A stretch of DNA of 64,000 nucleotides from Octopus vulgaris (GCA_951406725.2 OX597820.1:14818001-14882000); one strand, 5' to 3'; shown: positions 12,359 to 24,929, numbered from the stretch's first letter. A program made the numbers and translations. Notes: generated from the letters alone by a model not told the origin.

Positions 12359-13464
12359 TTAATTTCTGTTATTACTTTCCTTAGATACTCCCACAATGTT
12401 TAAATATTTTACTGCAATCTTGGTTCCGTAATGTTTAGCATTGATTGGTAAGGGAATGAGGATTGTTGTCAACATTTGTATAATGGAGTCTGTGTTCTGA
12501 AGCCTGCTCTTTCAACACAGTAGCTCAATTCTGCCCTTTCAATTAGCGTTTTACTCGTCAGTTTCCAAGCAGAACTTTGGCAGTAAACTAGCAACTCATT
12601 GATCATAGAAATTTTCGAATCGTAACAATTCCAATAGTGAATTCTCTACCGAAGGAATTCGGACTTCTAACAACAGGGAGCCAAATTAATTGTTAATCAC
12701 GTATTTCCCAAGAACAAGTCTGCACAGTTTAGAATGAGACAAGGGTGTTATTACTGCGAAAGAAATTACTAAGATCTCCAGTAGCCTTATGCGTGCAAAT
12801 GAATGATTTAAATATTTCTAATTTTAATTATAAATTAGGAATATGGGATGGAGAAAATTTTGATTTGAAGTTTTAATTTTCCTCTTGGAAGTATGGGTTG
12901 TCAACTTCTTTTCACTGTCAAATTTGGCATAATTCCTCTTAATACTTCTAGATTTATGGATTCGCAGAGGGAACTTCAATGAACCATATGTTGCTCTGAC
13001 CTGCACTTAGGAGGCTATAAACTCGTTCTGTAGTTTCTCTCAGTGTAAATCGTAGCATTAATATTATTTAAGCATAAAGCTGACCAAGATCATAAACCAC
13101 CATATTAAATGTGTTCATCTCCATCAATTCTGAGTTCAAATTCCCCTGGGGTCAGTTTTCCGTTTCATCCTTCCCACTTTGATGGAAGTAAGTACTAATT
13201 ATATATTACTGGTGATTTATTCATCTAAACCTTCTCCATTACAAGAATAGACTTCGTTTGTGTCTAGTCTAAAGAAATTAACATTTAAGTCTATAAAAAT
13301 TCCAAATGATATTCCTTGTTCTTATATTTTAAAGCTTTGCTGAATGCATTTTATTTATTTATTATCAAAAATGTTCAAAGCCATTGCTTATGTTTGTATG
13401 AATCAGATCAAAAGATACTGTATTTCATATGAAAGGAAAACTCTGTGATAATGTATATGTGGAA

Positions 13465-13501
<37 letters not shown>

Positions 13502-13805
13502 TATAGTAAGTTTATCTTATATGTATGTATGTATATAGTGTATGTATGTAGTGTTTCATTTCTGCTAGTTCCTACATTCTGTTTCCGATGACCGATGATA
13601 ATTTATCGGCATTACTTACACATTCTTGGTTTTATTAGTTTTAGGATTGTGTTTCGATTCTTATTCTCTTTGGTGGCCGTCCAGACCGCCATTCTCTTTA
13701 CCATAAACTTCAGTGCCACAGACTTCAGTTTCTGGTAACCTCTTCATCAATCTTGGAAAATAGTCATCAGGGAAAAAGTAGCCATAAATGTCTTCACTGT
13801 GTGTA

Positions 13806-13840
<35 letters not shown>

Positions 13841-13965
13841 ATGTGTGTGTAGTTCATTCATATTTACATCTAAACTTGCTGGTGTGTGTATATATATATA
13901 TATGTATGTATATATGTGTGTGTGTTCTCATATGTACGTGTGCTGATGTATGTATATCAATGCAT

Positions 13966-14312
13966 TCTTTTATCTTTTACTTGTTTCAGTCATTAGACTG
14001 TGGCCATGCTGGAGCATCACCTTGAAGAATTTTAGCCGAGCAGATCAACCCAGTTCTTATTCTGCCAGTCTCTTTTTGCCCAACCACTAAGTTATGGGGA
14101 CATAAATACCCCATCACCAGTTGTCAGGCAGTGGTAGGGGACAAACACACACACGATGGGCTTCTTTCAGTTTCCATCTACCAAATCCACTCACAAACTT
14201 TGATCAGCCTGAGGCTATAGGAGAAGACACTTGCCCAAGGTGCCATGCAGTGGGACTGAACCCAGAACCATGTGGTTGGAAGCAAACTTCTTACCACACA
14301 GCCATGCCTGTG
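13966..14312 (-). mobile_element. Family B SINE (older)
   Basis: Reverse head CACACAGCCATGCCTG and tail TTGTTTCAGTCATTAGACTGTGGCCATGCTGG. Confidence 0.85.
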
Positions 14313-14384
14313 CATATTAGTAGCTTTGAATACACATGTGTGTGTGTGTGAAGCAATTGATATCATATAAGCATCATTTGACAT

Positions 14385-14629
14385 ACAGTGCTGCCCGAAC
14401 GGCTCCCATGCCAGTGCCGCCTGACTGGTACCTATGCTGGTGGCACGTAAAAAGCACCGTTCAAGCGTGGCCAATGCCAGTGCTGCCTGACTGGGTCCCA
14501 TGTTGGTGGCACATAAAAAGCACCCACTACACTCTCAGAGTGCTTGGTGTTAGGAAGGGCATCCAGCTGTAGAAACCTTGCCAGATCAGATTGGAGCCCA
14601 GTGCAGCCTCCTGGCTCGCCAGTTCTCAG
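14385..14629 (+). mobile_element. Family A (RTE 3' UTR) interrupted by a TTAA MITE
   Basis: GTTAGGAAGGGCATCCAGCTGTAGAAAC block; a (GAT)n-like tail resumes after 14859. Confidence 0.82.
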
Positions 14630-14633
14630 TTAA

Positions 14634-14855
14634 CCCTTTAGTGTTCAGATTATTCTATCAAACATAATGCTTATTGATTCCCATTGATTTGAATTAATCA
14701 TGCATTATCTCATATCTTCAAGATCTTGATGGTGTAATTACCTAATGTAGAATAACATTGTAGGGTAGGTGTGAGAGCCTGGATCTGGTCAGTTTGAACA
14801 TAAAACAGATTAAATATTTTGGCCGGATATGGCCTGGCTTGCAAATACTAAAGGG
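14634..14855. mobile_element. piggyBac-like MITE (family F)
   Basis: TTAA TSD at 14630-33 and 14856-59, TIR CCCTTTAGTGTT..AATACTAAAGGG. Homologues at 59541, 63121 and 63496. Confidence 0.85.
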
Positions 14856-15489
14856 TTAAACAACAATGATGATGATAATGGCCTTGATCTTTTGAACACT
14901 TACCCAAGAATAAATTCCATCATGTTAGAATATAGAATTCCCACATTATCTCCTAAATTTCGTTTTTTTTTTTTTTTGTATTTTCTATTCAAAAATTATT
15001 AAATCAAGTGTGTGATTCCCGTGGGGTTCCTCAGTTATAGACAAGACTCGAATCATAAGTTTTGAAACCTATTCTTCAATATGATCAATTGAGATGTATG
15101 AGCCAACAAGGGTAAAACTGCATGGTTAATAGACCTGTTAGAAATAGCAGACAGATCTTTCTCAAATCACCCCACACTGTCTTACAAATGAATAAGCCAG
15201 TGAGAGAAAACCACATGATTGATAGCTTCGTTAGAAATAACAACCAAATTTCCTTTAAATTATGCTTGTTTTATATGTGTATAAACCAATGAAGGAAAAC
15301 TACCTGGTAAATACACCTGTAGAAATACCCTTATAACCTTTCTTAAAAGCTATCCTCAGGTTGTGTTGGTAGAAATGTTAGGAATAGGACTGAAATAATT
15401 CTTTGTAATGGTTAGTATCAGTCAGAATTAGGTTAAGTAACAAATTGTTGTTGCCATTTTTGCTGAACTCATCTACCATACCCAAAGTA

Positions 15490-15531
<42 letters not shown>

Positions 15532-15532
<1 letters not shown>

Positions 15533-15691
15533 GCAGCAGTGGCTGTGTGGTAAGTAGCTTGCTAAACAGCCACATGGTTCTGGGTTCAATCCCACTGCGT
15601 GGCATCTTGGGCAAGTGTCTTCTGCTATAGCCCCGGGCCGACCAAAGCCTTGTGAGTGGATTTGGTAGACGGAAACTGAAAGAAGCCTGTC

Positions 15692-15743
<52 letters not shown>

Positions 15744-15932
15744 ATATGTTTGTCTCTCTAGCATTGCTTGACAACCGATGCTAGTGTGTTTACGTCCCCG
15801 TCACTTAGTGGTTCGGCAAAAGATACCGATAGAATAAGTACTGGGCTTACAAAGAATAAGTCCCGGGGTCGATTTGCTCGACTAAAGGCGATGCTCCAGC
15901 ATGGCCACAGTCAAATGACTGAAACAAGTAAA
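15532..15932 (+). mobile_element. Family B SINE (young)
   Basis: Full head, core and tail. Confidence 0.9.
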
Positions 15933-16014
15933 AAAAATATATATATCATCATCATCATATTCTAACATCCATTTTCCATGCTGGCATGGGTTGGACCATA
16001 TATGCATGTGTGGA

Positions 16015-16215
16015 CCGTTGGCGATTTTGTTTTTCCTCCTTCCTTTTCTTTTGGACTTCTCTATGTCTCCGGTTTCTGAAGAAGATGTTTGCTCGAAACG
16101 TAAAACAACCACTCTTTCTTTCTTTCCTTCCCTGAGCGTCTCAATACATTGCATGTACTATGTCCTCGCATTGTTTTTTTTTCTTGTCTTTTTTCCTCCA
16201 TTTTTTTTATTAATT
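16015..16215 (+). mobile_element. Short Penelope-like/retrozyme-like element carrying a hammerhead fold
   Basis: Pyrimidine-rich body with the HHR at 16072-16106. The downstream CCCTGAGCGTCTCAATAC resembles the 22378/43760 family, and the element ends at a (TA) tract. Confidence 0.55.
16072..16106 (+). ncRNA. Minimal type I hammerhead ribozyme motif (stem II degenerate)
   Basis: GTTT-CTGAAGA-A-GATGTTTGCTC-GAA-ACGT-A-AAAC: stem I GTTT/AAAC, canonical CUGANGA, palindromic stem III ACGT, GUA cleavage triplet. Confidence 0.65.
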
Positions 16216-16257
16216 ATATATATGTATGCTTGTATGTATGTATATATGTATGTATAT

Positions 16258-16645
16258 ACTCTTTTTACTTGTTTCAGTCATTTGACTGCAGCCATGCTGG
16301 AGCACCACCTTTAATCAAGCAACTCGACCCCGGGACTTATTCTTTTGTAAGCCCAGTACTTATTCTATCGGTTTCTTTTGCCGAACCGCTAAGTAACGGG
16401 AACATAAACACACCAGCATCGGTTGTCAAGCAATGCTTGGGGGACAAACACAGACACACAAGCACACACACATACATATATACGACAAGCTTCTTTCAGT
16501 TTCCGTCTACCAAATCCACTCACAAGGCTTTGGTCGGCCCGAGGCTATAGTAGAAGACACTTGCCCAAGATGCCACGCAGTGGGACTGAACCTGGAACCA
16601 TGTGGTTTGTAAGCAAGCTACTTACCACACAGCCACTCCTGCGCC
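16258..16645 (-). mobile_element. Family B SINE (young)
   Basis: Full-length reverse copy ending CACAGCCACTCCTGCGCC. Confidence 0.9.
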
Positions 16646-17296
16646 TATATGTGTATGTATGTATGTATGTATGAATGAATGTATGTGAGTGTTAGGTGTG
16701 TATGAGCATGTGTGTATTGTATGACATTTTAATACATTAATGTGTATGTTTGTGATCATGTCTGTGCTTTGATGTATAGATACATATTGACAGGTCTATA
16801 TGTGAGTGTCTGTTTGTGTATATTTACTGTGTTTCTATGTATGTATGTATGTAGACATAGCTGTGTGGTTAAGAAGATTCACATCAGAATCCCATGGTTC
16901 TAGGTTCAATTCCACTGCACAATACTCACACAAGAGTCTTCTACTTTTATTCTTTGAGTTGACCCAAATCTTGTGCACGAAATTAAGGAAACTGAAACCA
17001 CGTGAATCTAGAAACTGAGCGAATACGGCATAAACCGACATAGTTTGTCACACAGTTTAACACAACCAAATGGCTCGTGAGTACGTTTGGTAAAGTCCAC
17101 CATGTTGCAAATATTTGGGCCATGATCTTTTAGTCGGAGGAGACCAACAGCTTCTGTCATTGTTCTTCCCAGTTTCAAGAAGCCTGGCAAAATAGTTCTT
17201 GGATGCTGTCCTTTCAGGCTTGGCCATAAAACAAAATTCTATATGTTGTTGATTCTATGTATGAACATGGCTATTATTAATATATATGAATGTGAT

Positions 17297-17301
17297 TTAT
17301 A

Positions 17302-17354
<53 letters not shown>

Positions 17355-17381
17355 GTATGTATATATATATATGTATGTATG

Positions 17382-17433
<52 letters not shown>

Positions 17434-17462
17434 TGTATGTATGTATATATATGTATATATAT
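17297..17462. repeat. (TA)n/(TATG)n microsatellite
   Basis: Directly visible. Confidence 0.9.
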
Positions 17463-18975
17463 GAAAGTATGTGTGAGAGAGAGAAAGAGGCAGAAAGAAC
17501 TAAATAGCACGTGTGTGTGTGTTCTTTGTTAAATGTTTGTTTAGCATGTATTAAACATTATGCGATGTATGCGAGTGTATATATGCGTGTGTTGATATTC
17601 TTTCAATTAATTTTCATCAATACAATTGCACTCTTGTAACCAAAGCCTTAGGGAAAAAGCCTCCGGGGCTAGTGGGAGGGGTTTCACAAAGAAAGAAAGA
17701 GAGAAAGAAGAGAAAGAATCTCCAGCTTCCAGGACATTCTCTTTATTGTCTTACACACCTCTCCCCCCTTCTTCCTCTCTCTCGCCACCCCCGCCTCCAC
17801 CACACATTCTCTCTCTCTCTTTCTCTCTCTCTCGCCTTCTCTCCCTCTCTTCTTTCTCTCCACTTCAAAACATTTGCTATTAAAATACCCATCCTTCCTG
17901 CATTGATTTATCTGCTAACACCAATAGCCGTGACCCACTATGGCACACACTGATAAAGTGTTGTTTATCAGCAGCAGCCGTCATCATCATCATTGCTATC
18001 ATCATCATCATTCCTATCATCATCATCATCACTATAGCAATTGCTGCTTACACAGTTCTTCTTACCATTCATTCTCCTGATTTCCATTTCCTTTTCACTA
18101 TTGTTGTTGTTGTTGCTGGTCTGAATAGTAGAAGTGTTGGTGGTGGTGGTGTCGGCAGTGTATGTACCAGTGGTGGTGTCAATTTTAGTTGTAATATTGA
18201 TGGTGGTGTGTCAGCTGTGATGGTGGTGGTGGTGGTGGTCACAGTGATATTGATGATGGTATTGCAACTGACTGCGCGAAGCTGACCGTGTGTGCATGCG
18301 CATGTGTGTGTGTGTGTGTGTGTGGTTCTGAAGATTTTCAGTTTGTATCACTGCCATCACCATCATCATCGTCATCATCATCGGGAGATGCTTTTGTTCA
18401 GGAAGGCGTGGTTTTATCGAACACTATGGCTGGATGTATGTATGTATGGATGGATGTATATATGTATAAGCGAGGCTTGGGTCTGGGATGATCGGTGATG
18501 GGAGTCTGAATAGTGGAAAGGAGATGGAGTAGGCGGGGGTGTTGCAAAAGTATGAATGACAATGAGAGACTCTGTGTGTGTGTGTGTGTGTGTGTTGAAG
18601 ATGTGACTGCAAGATCTGTGTATTGAGGAAGACACCAAAAGAAAGGAACCAGGGAGCTACTAATGATGGTGGACTGATATTAAAGGGAAAATATATATTA
18701 TTTAGTTCCCCGATGTTTGCCGACTGACTCTCAGAATTAGTCATGGTTGGTGTTGTTTTTTAGCCCCAGGACAGCGCTAATCTAGCAGACCTATGATCAA
18801 AGGCATTCCAACTGGTTGAACTACCATTATCATCTGTGTCTTTTTGTTTAAAACCATACAGTGTTGTTTGTGTGGTATTTGGCTGCTGTTTTTTAGCCTA
18901 TAGACCCCTTTGATTCCTGTTTCATTTATGTAGACCCTCATAACCATTTAATATTTAAAAATAGTATTATATTTT

Positions 18976-19183
18976 TTTATGGAGATGTACTTGCATAGCA
19001 AGTGACCTGATCTGAGATCGTGTGCTGGAACGAAAACAATTGCAGCGTGGAAGGTGTTTACAAGCCATTTAAGAAACACGCAAAAACCGTTAGATACACT
19101 TCAACATTTAAATTTAATTTGCCAAAATATTTTCGTCGCTTTGAGACCGCGACCTCTTCACTGACAAAACTTCGTGCTGCATC
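18976..19183 (-). mobile_element. ~208-bp insertion with 10-bp TSD carrying a hammerhead fold (Penelope-like)
   Basis: ATTATATTTT at 18966-75 and 19184-93. The insert is CpG-richer than its flanks. Confidence 0.7.
19118..19168 (-). ncRNA. Type I hammerhead-like fold with G3 variant core
   Basis: Minus strand reads TTTGTCA-GTGAAGA-G-GTCGC-GGTCTCAAA-GCGAC-GAA-AATATT-T-TGGCAAA: 7-bp stem I, 5-bp stem II, palindromic stem III. Confidence 0.6.
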
Positions 19184-19524
19184 ATTATATTTTGAGAATT
19201 ACATATTAATAGGAATTATATATAAAAAAAATATTGAAATATTTTGTGTTATGTAAAAGTATAACTGGTTTATTGTACATAAATTTTAACATCAAAATCT
19301 TACATGGACTCTCAAGGATGATGTGGACCCCCCCCCCCCCCCAAGGGTGATATTGGACCCTGGTTTTGAACCACTGAAAGGCTCAGAATTGGTAATGGTG
19401 TTCTGTGTTGGGTGGAGAGGAAAGGAGAAATAAAATAAAATGTGTTTATCTTAAGGTTGCTTGGTCTGGTATGAAGTGACCAAGACAAAAGAGTAGACAA
19501 CTCCATTACTAGAAAACAGAACCA

Positions 19525-19890
19525 GCACATTTGAGCATGATCATTACCAGCGTCGCCTTACTGGCACTTGTGCCGGTGGCATGTGAACAAAACATTCGAG
19601 CGAGGTCGTTGCCAGTGCCGCTGGACTGACTCCAGTGCAGGTGGCACATAAAAAACACCATTTCGAGCATGGATGTTGCCAGTACTGCCAGACTGGCCCT
19701 CATGCCAGTGGCACGTAAAAGCCCCCACTACACTCTCGGAGTGGTTAGCGTTAGGAAGGGCATCCAGCTGTAAAAACTCTGCCAGATCAGATTGGAGCTT
19801 GGTGCAGCCATCTGGTTCGCCAGTCCTCAGTCAAATCATCCAACCCATGCTAGCATGGAAAGTGCATGTTAAATGATGATGATGGTGATG
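19525..19890 (+). mobile_element. Family A (RTE 3' UTR)
   Basis: Three ~62-bp units, the conserved block, and a (GAT)n tail. Confidence 0.88.
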
Positions 19891-20328
19891 TAGTACACAT
19901 GTTCTATTTTTGCTGGCCAAATTAATTTAATACCTGCACTTTAGTGCAGAAAAATTTAACCTGGGCAAATTGAAGGTGAAACACTTCTGTCTTTGTCTTT
20001 GCTTCCTTGTACATGCAAATATTCTTCCATTGAGTTTGTTGTTGGATAGACTTGTGATCAAAACCTTGATATTTTTCCCCCTTAAATTCAAAGTTGATGG
20101 GGATTTGACTGTTATTTCTAGAAGGTCAAGCAACCTTGTAGAGGCTCCCATGTTGAAGTTGTGTATGTTGTTGCTCATGAAGATTATCATTATTATTATT
20201 ATTATCCTTGCATAAAATAAGACACGCAACACAGTATATTCCAAGCATTTCTGTCCAAATACCTTTTTTCTTTTCTTATTAACATAATTCAACAAACAAA
20301 ACTCTCCATTGCTATTTCAAGCCACATG

Positions 20329-20430
20329 CATCGTCCATTCACATTACCCATAATCCATCATCCAATTTACATTACCCATAATCCAGCATCCATTCATATT
20401 ACCCATAATCCATCATCCATTCACATCACA
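20329..20430. repeat. ~27-bp tandem repeat, about 3.5 copies
   Basis: CATCCATTCACATTACCCATAATCCAT units. Confidence 0.8.
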
Positions 20431-21381
20431 CGTGTTTACTCGGATAGCTGTCTCTTAAGCACACATTAGCCGATGTTTTCTCACCTCATTGGCTTCAGCA
20501 CTTTCTCTTCAGTTAATATTATTCTATACATAAACAGACAAGATCCAGCTGAAATCTTCCCTGATTGTTGTTGTAGGAACTCTGAATGTTCATTCCATGT
20601 TTCACGAGTTTAACCACCTTCTGTATTCACACTTCTTACACACGTCTCATGCAATCTACTTGTCATGCAGCAGATAGAAGAACAACGCTCAAACTTAACA
20701 ACATGTGTGGCTGTCCTTGCTGCTATAGATTGATGTTAAAAAAAATTACTCTATTAAATAGAATGCATTCATGTATGCAAACACACACACACACACACAC
20801 ACACACGCACGCAGACAACCATGCAAAAATGAACACACACACACACTCAACCATACACAGAAGCTTGTACTGAGAAAAAAAAAGACAATCACAATTGTAA
20901 TTACTGCATCAGATGATGGAAAATTTAAATTAAAAGTGCACAAATGTATGTGATTTGCTTGCCAAACTACGAAATGTCAAAACTTATATCCTTTCTCTGC
21001 AACATTCTTCCCATTTCTCTGCTGGATTCATTCAAATCTAATTTATATTTTAGTTTCCATTACCGTTCCATTCCTTTCAAGGAAACATGTCAGCGTTTCT
21101 GCATCTACCATCACATGTTTCGGCGATGCTTTTACTTAGAGACATACCTGGATATGCATGTGTGTATTGATCTAATTATGTTGATTCAATTTGTATATAC
21201 AGATGCAGGAATGGCTGTGTGGTTAAGAGGCTCGGATTGCAACCATGTGGTTTCAGGTTCAATCCCACTGCTTGGTTCTTCTACCATAACCCTACGTCAA
21301 TCAATGTTTTGTGAGTGAATTTGGTAAATGGAAGCTGTGTTGAAGCCCATTATATATATGTACATATATATATATATGTGT

Positions 21382-21685
21382 GGAGGCGCAATGGCCTAGT
21401 GGTTAGGGCAGCGGACTCGCGGTCGCAGGATCGCGGTTTCGATTCCCAGACCGGGCGTTGTGAGTGTTTATTGAGCGAAAACACCTAAAAGCTCCACGAG
21501 GCTCCGGCAGGGGGTGGTGATCCCTGCTGTACTTTTTCACCACTCTTTCTCTCACTCTTTCTTCTGTTGGCCTGTTCACTTAGTCGGCGGGGTGGCGTCA
21601 TTCGAAGGCTAAAACAATGCGAACGCATTGTGACCAGCAATGTGTAACAACATCTGATGGTCTGGTCGGTCACGTGATCACGTGA
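21382..21685 (+). mobile_element. Family D SINE, variant with GTCACGTGAT tail
   Basis: Head nearly identical to 6261. The 3' part AAGGCTAAAACAATGCG..GTCACGTGATCACGTGAT is shared with 37812-37900 on the minus strand. Confidence 0.85.
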
Positions 21686-22329
21686 TATATATGTGTGTGT
21701 CTGTGAATGTGTGTTTTTTGTGTTTGGCAGACTGCTGTGAATGTTAGTGGATGGCTATTTTGGTACCAGCTGATGGCTGACCTGTTCTTTGTGGTTGGCT
21801 GCACATGTGAATTTCTCCAGCTGACGAGCTTTATACCATTCTCTGCCACATTACTAACAGAATATACCATAACTACAAGCTGGCCCCATGCCATCAAAAA
21901 TGACGGCTAATTGTAGTATTTTATTTATAAATATGGATGGTAAATCAAATTAATATACTTGTCAATGTTATCAAGTGGTTGTCTTTTGAGAGGCGACATC
22001 GATTGTTGTTTCCTACTGAAAGAGCGCTGGTTCACACATAGAAACACTCACATACTTCCCTTGTATATGCACACACACATATACTCACACAGAGTTGAAA
22101 CGCTGTTTGATTTTTCATTTCAGCATTGAATGTTCACCATCCCCCTTCCATTGCACACACACACACAAACATTCACATGCCTCCCTTTTTACATGCACAC
22201 ACATATACTCACACGGAGTTGAAATGCTCCCACAACCAGTTTGCCATCATCCTTCCTTCCTTATTCATCTATCACCCCTTCCTTTCTCATTCATATGTTG
22301 TGACGGAGAAAAACACGAGCATTATTATA

Positions 22330-22377
<48 letters not shown>

Positions 22378-22379
<2 letters not shown>

Positions 22380-22570
22380 ATGATTGACAGCTAAATCCAC
22401 AAGTATTTTTTTTTATACTTTCCCTGTTCATTTCCTCATGTTCCTTTCTGTTGAAGAGCATAGGCTCGAAACATATAAGACTTTCTCACCCTCCCTAGCA
22501 TCAAACTAATACACCTGTTTGTTGTTTATATGCTTGTCTTCATCTTTTGTTTTTCTGTAAATTTCAACTA
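22378..22570 (+). mobile_element. Short Penelope-like element between (TA)n tracts, with hammerhead fold
   Basis: Colinear with 43760-43940 from ATGATTGAC to AATTTCAACTA(TA)n. Confidence 0.7.
22444..22479 (+). ncRNA. Minimal hammerhead motif, CUGUUGA core variant
   Basis: CTTT-CTGTTGA-A-GAGC-ATAG-GCTC-GAA-ACAT-A-TAAG, with a perfect 4-bp stem II. Confidence 0.6.
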
Positions 22571-22639
22571 TATATATACATACATACATACATACATACA
22601 TACATACACATATATATATATATATCATATAATCATCGT

Positions 22640-22970
22640 CAACTTCCATCTGCAGAATTTGAGCTCAGAACATGGAGACTGACAAAGTACCATTAAGCAA
22701 TTTGTCTGGTGTGCTAATGGTTCTCCCAGCTTGCCACAGTAATAATAATAATGATAATGATAATAATAATCCTTTCTACTCTAGGCACAAGGCCTGAAAT
22801 TTTGGGGGAGGGGGCCAGTTGATTACATCAACTGGTACTTAATTTATCAACCCTGGAAGGGTGAAAGGCAAAATCGACCTCGGCGGATTTTGAACTCAAA
22901 ATTTAGCGACAAGCGAAATACCGCTAAGCATTTCGTCCAGTGTACTAACAACTCTGCCAGATCACCTCCT
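22640..22970 (-). mobile_element. Family C SINEs (fragment plus full copy, tail type 2)
   Basis: CTTTCTACTCTAGGCACAAGGCCTGAAATTTTGGGG tail adjacent to (TAA)n. Confidence 0.85.
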
Positions 22971-23718
22971 TTATAATAATAATAATAATAATTGTAACTA
23001 AAGATGGGCTTATCTCTCTATGGATAAGCTGCCAGCCTATCACAGCCTCTTTAACCTGTCATGTGACTGAAATTAAGCTTTGTAACTGAACACTGCCAAC
23101 CAATGACTCACCTGTCACTGTTATGTTGCTTCTGCATACACCTGTTAATGACACCAACTGCAGCACATGTATACAGGTCAGTGCTGTAGAGAGCTTTATA
23201 TGTCTTCACCTGGACACATCATGACATTGCAGGTGAGAAATCATCAGCATCATCATCATGACTAATTGTCTCTTCTACTCAATCATCCACACTTTTCGTT
23301 ATAGTAAATCAGTGTATCATTATAATTATTATTAAAATGGTGAGTTGGCAGAATCGTTAACACGCTGGCCGAAATACTTTGTGGCATTTTGTCTGACTCT
23401 ACATTTCTGAGTTCAAATTTCACCAAAGTTGACTTTGCCTTTCATCCTTTCAGGGTTGATAAAGTACCAATAGGACACTGGAGTTGATATAATTCATAAG
23501 AAGGGTCATAAGAACCCCAGTCAAGAGTTCTGATTCAAAAGCTGTTGTAGGATAGCATAGCTCAAATATGTGACCTGCTAGTTTTTAACCATTGATAATT
23601 TCACCAAGTGGTCTTGTGTTAGCTTCCTTTTGAGTATCGTCATTGGTTATTGGTTTTACTAGTATGTTCTGATAATCCTTCGCAGGCTTTCAGTTGATTT
23701 TCACAACATTGTCCAGTC

Positions 23719-23980
23719 ATCCTCATCATCATCGTTTAACGTCTGTCTTCCATGCTAGCATGGGTTGGACAGTTCGACCAGGGTCTGGGAAGCCAGGAGG
23801 CTGCACCAGGCTCCAGTCTGATCTGGCAGCGTTTCTACAGCTGGATGCCCTTCCTAAAGCCAACCACTCCGAGAGGGTAGTGGGTGCTTTTTACGTGCCA
23901 CCGGCACAGGTGCCAGAGGAGGCTGGCAGCGGCCACGATCGGTTGGTGCTTTTTACGTGCCACTGGCACGGAAGCCAGTC
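23719..23980 (-). mobile_element. Family A (RTE 3' UTR)
   Basis: (CAT)n tail plus the conserved block. Confidence 0.88.
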
Positions 23981-24929
23981 AAATGTTTATATATATATTT
24001 TTTTAATGGTGAAGTGTGTAAGGAGAAAGATATGCTGCTATTTCTTGTAGATCAAGCAATCATGAAGAGTCTTTCTCATTGATTGGTATTAAAAGATGAT
24101 TGTTGTTTCAGCCTCTCTGTATGCGTGTGTGTGTGTGTGTGTCAGTTGAATAGATTCCACTTATAGCCATTATATGTGTCCTTACAAGAGAGAGATCTTG
24201 GCTAGTTTTCCATTCATTCATTTTGGTCTCACAGAATTCTTCTGCTTTTGAATCATTTTGAATCATTTGGCACTTTCCCATAAAGAATTTCTTTGCTTAT
24301 AAGAACAGAAATCTGCTGCATGATGTTGCATAGAATATCTGATCCTTCCTCTCCTCCCTCCCTCTCCCACCCTCTCTCTCTGTCTCTTTCTCTTTCTCTC
24401 TATTCTTGCTGTTGTTTAGCTTTGTCTCTCCAACCTGGTCAGTTTATACATATTCAGGAAATGTTATAACTATTAAATGTCAAGTGACATTGAGCCCCCT
24501 GTACCCTAGTATCACCCTAACCCTTAACCATCCTCTCTCTCCCTCTCTCTCTCTCTCTCATGCTGTTCTCCAGGTCTTGCATTTTTCTTTCTTTCTCTCT
24601 CTTTTTCCTTTCCCTTTGCCACTTCTTGCTAATAAAAATAGCTCCGATGCATGTCTCATTGGCTGAAATCCTTAGCCCACAGCTGGAGAAAATGGTAACA
24701 GAGGAGGCTTTCTAGAACCACCAAATAATAATGGTCAGGCTCAGCAGAAGCTGTTCCTCTCCTCCTCCCCTCAACCCCTTTTTCTTCTTCTTCTTCTTCT
24801 TCATTCTCCTGTTGTCAACATATGACTCACGCTGGGCTCCAAGCAAAGTGCAATAACCATTCCACACACAAAAGCCCTCTTACCAAGATATTTGTCCATC
24901 ACTCCATCACCCTCTTTAACCTATTCATA

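Larger units (their letters stand above)
18880..19376. mobile_element. hAT (MER5/Charlie-like) MITE remnant hosting an insertion
   Basis: Right end GGACCCTGGTTTTGAACCACTG and repeated GGACCC/AGACCC subterminal motifs; the left TIR is degenerate. Confidence 0.45.

Noticed and set aside
13715-13760. Hammerhead-like TTGATGAAGAGG..GAAAC on the minus strand
   Set aside because: Stems II and III do not pair convincingly; at best a very decayed copy.
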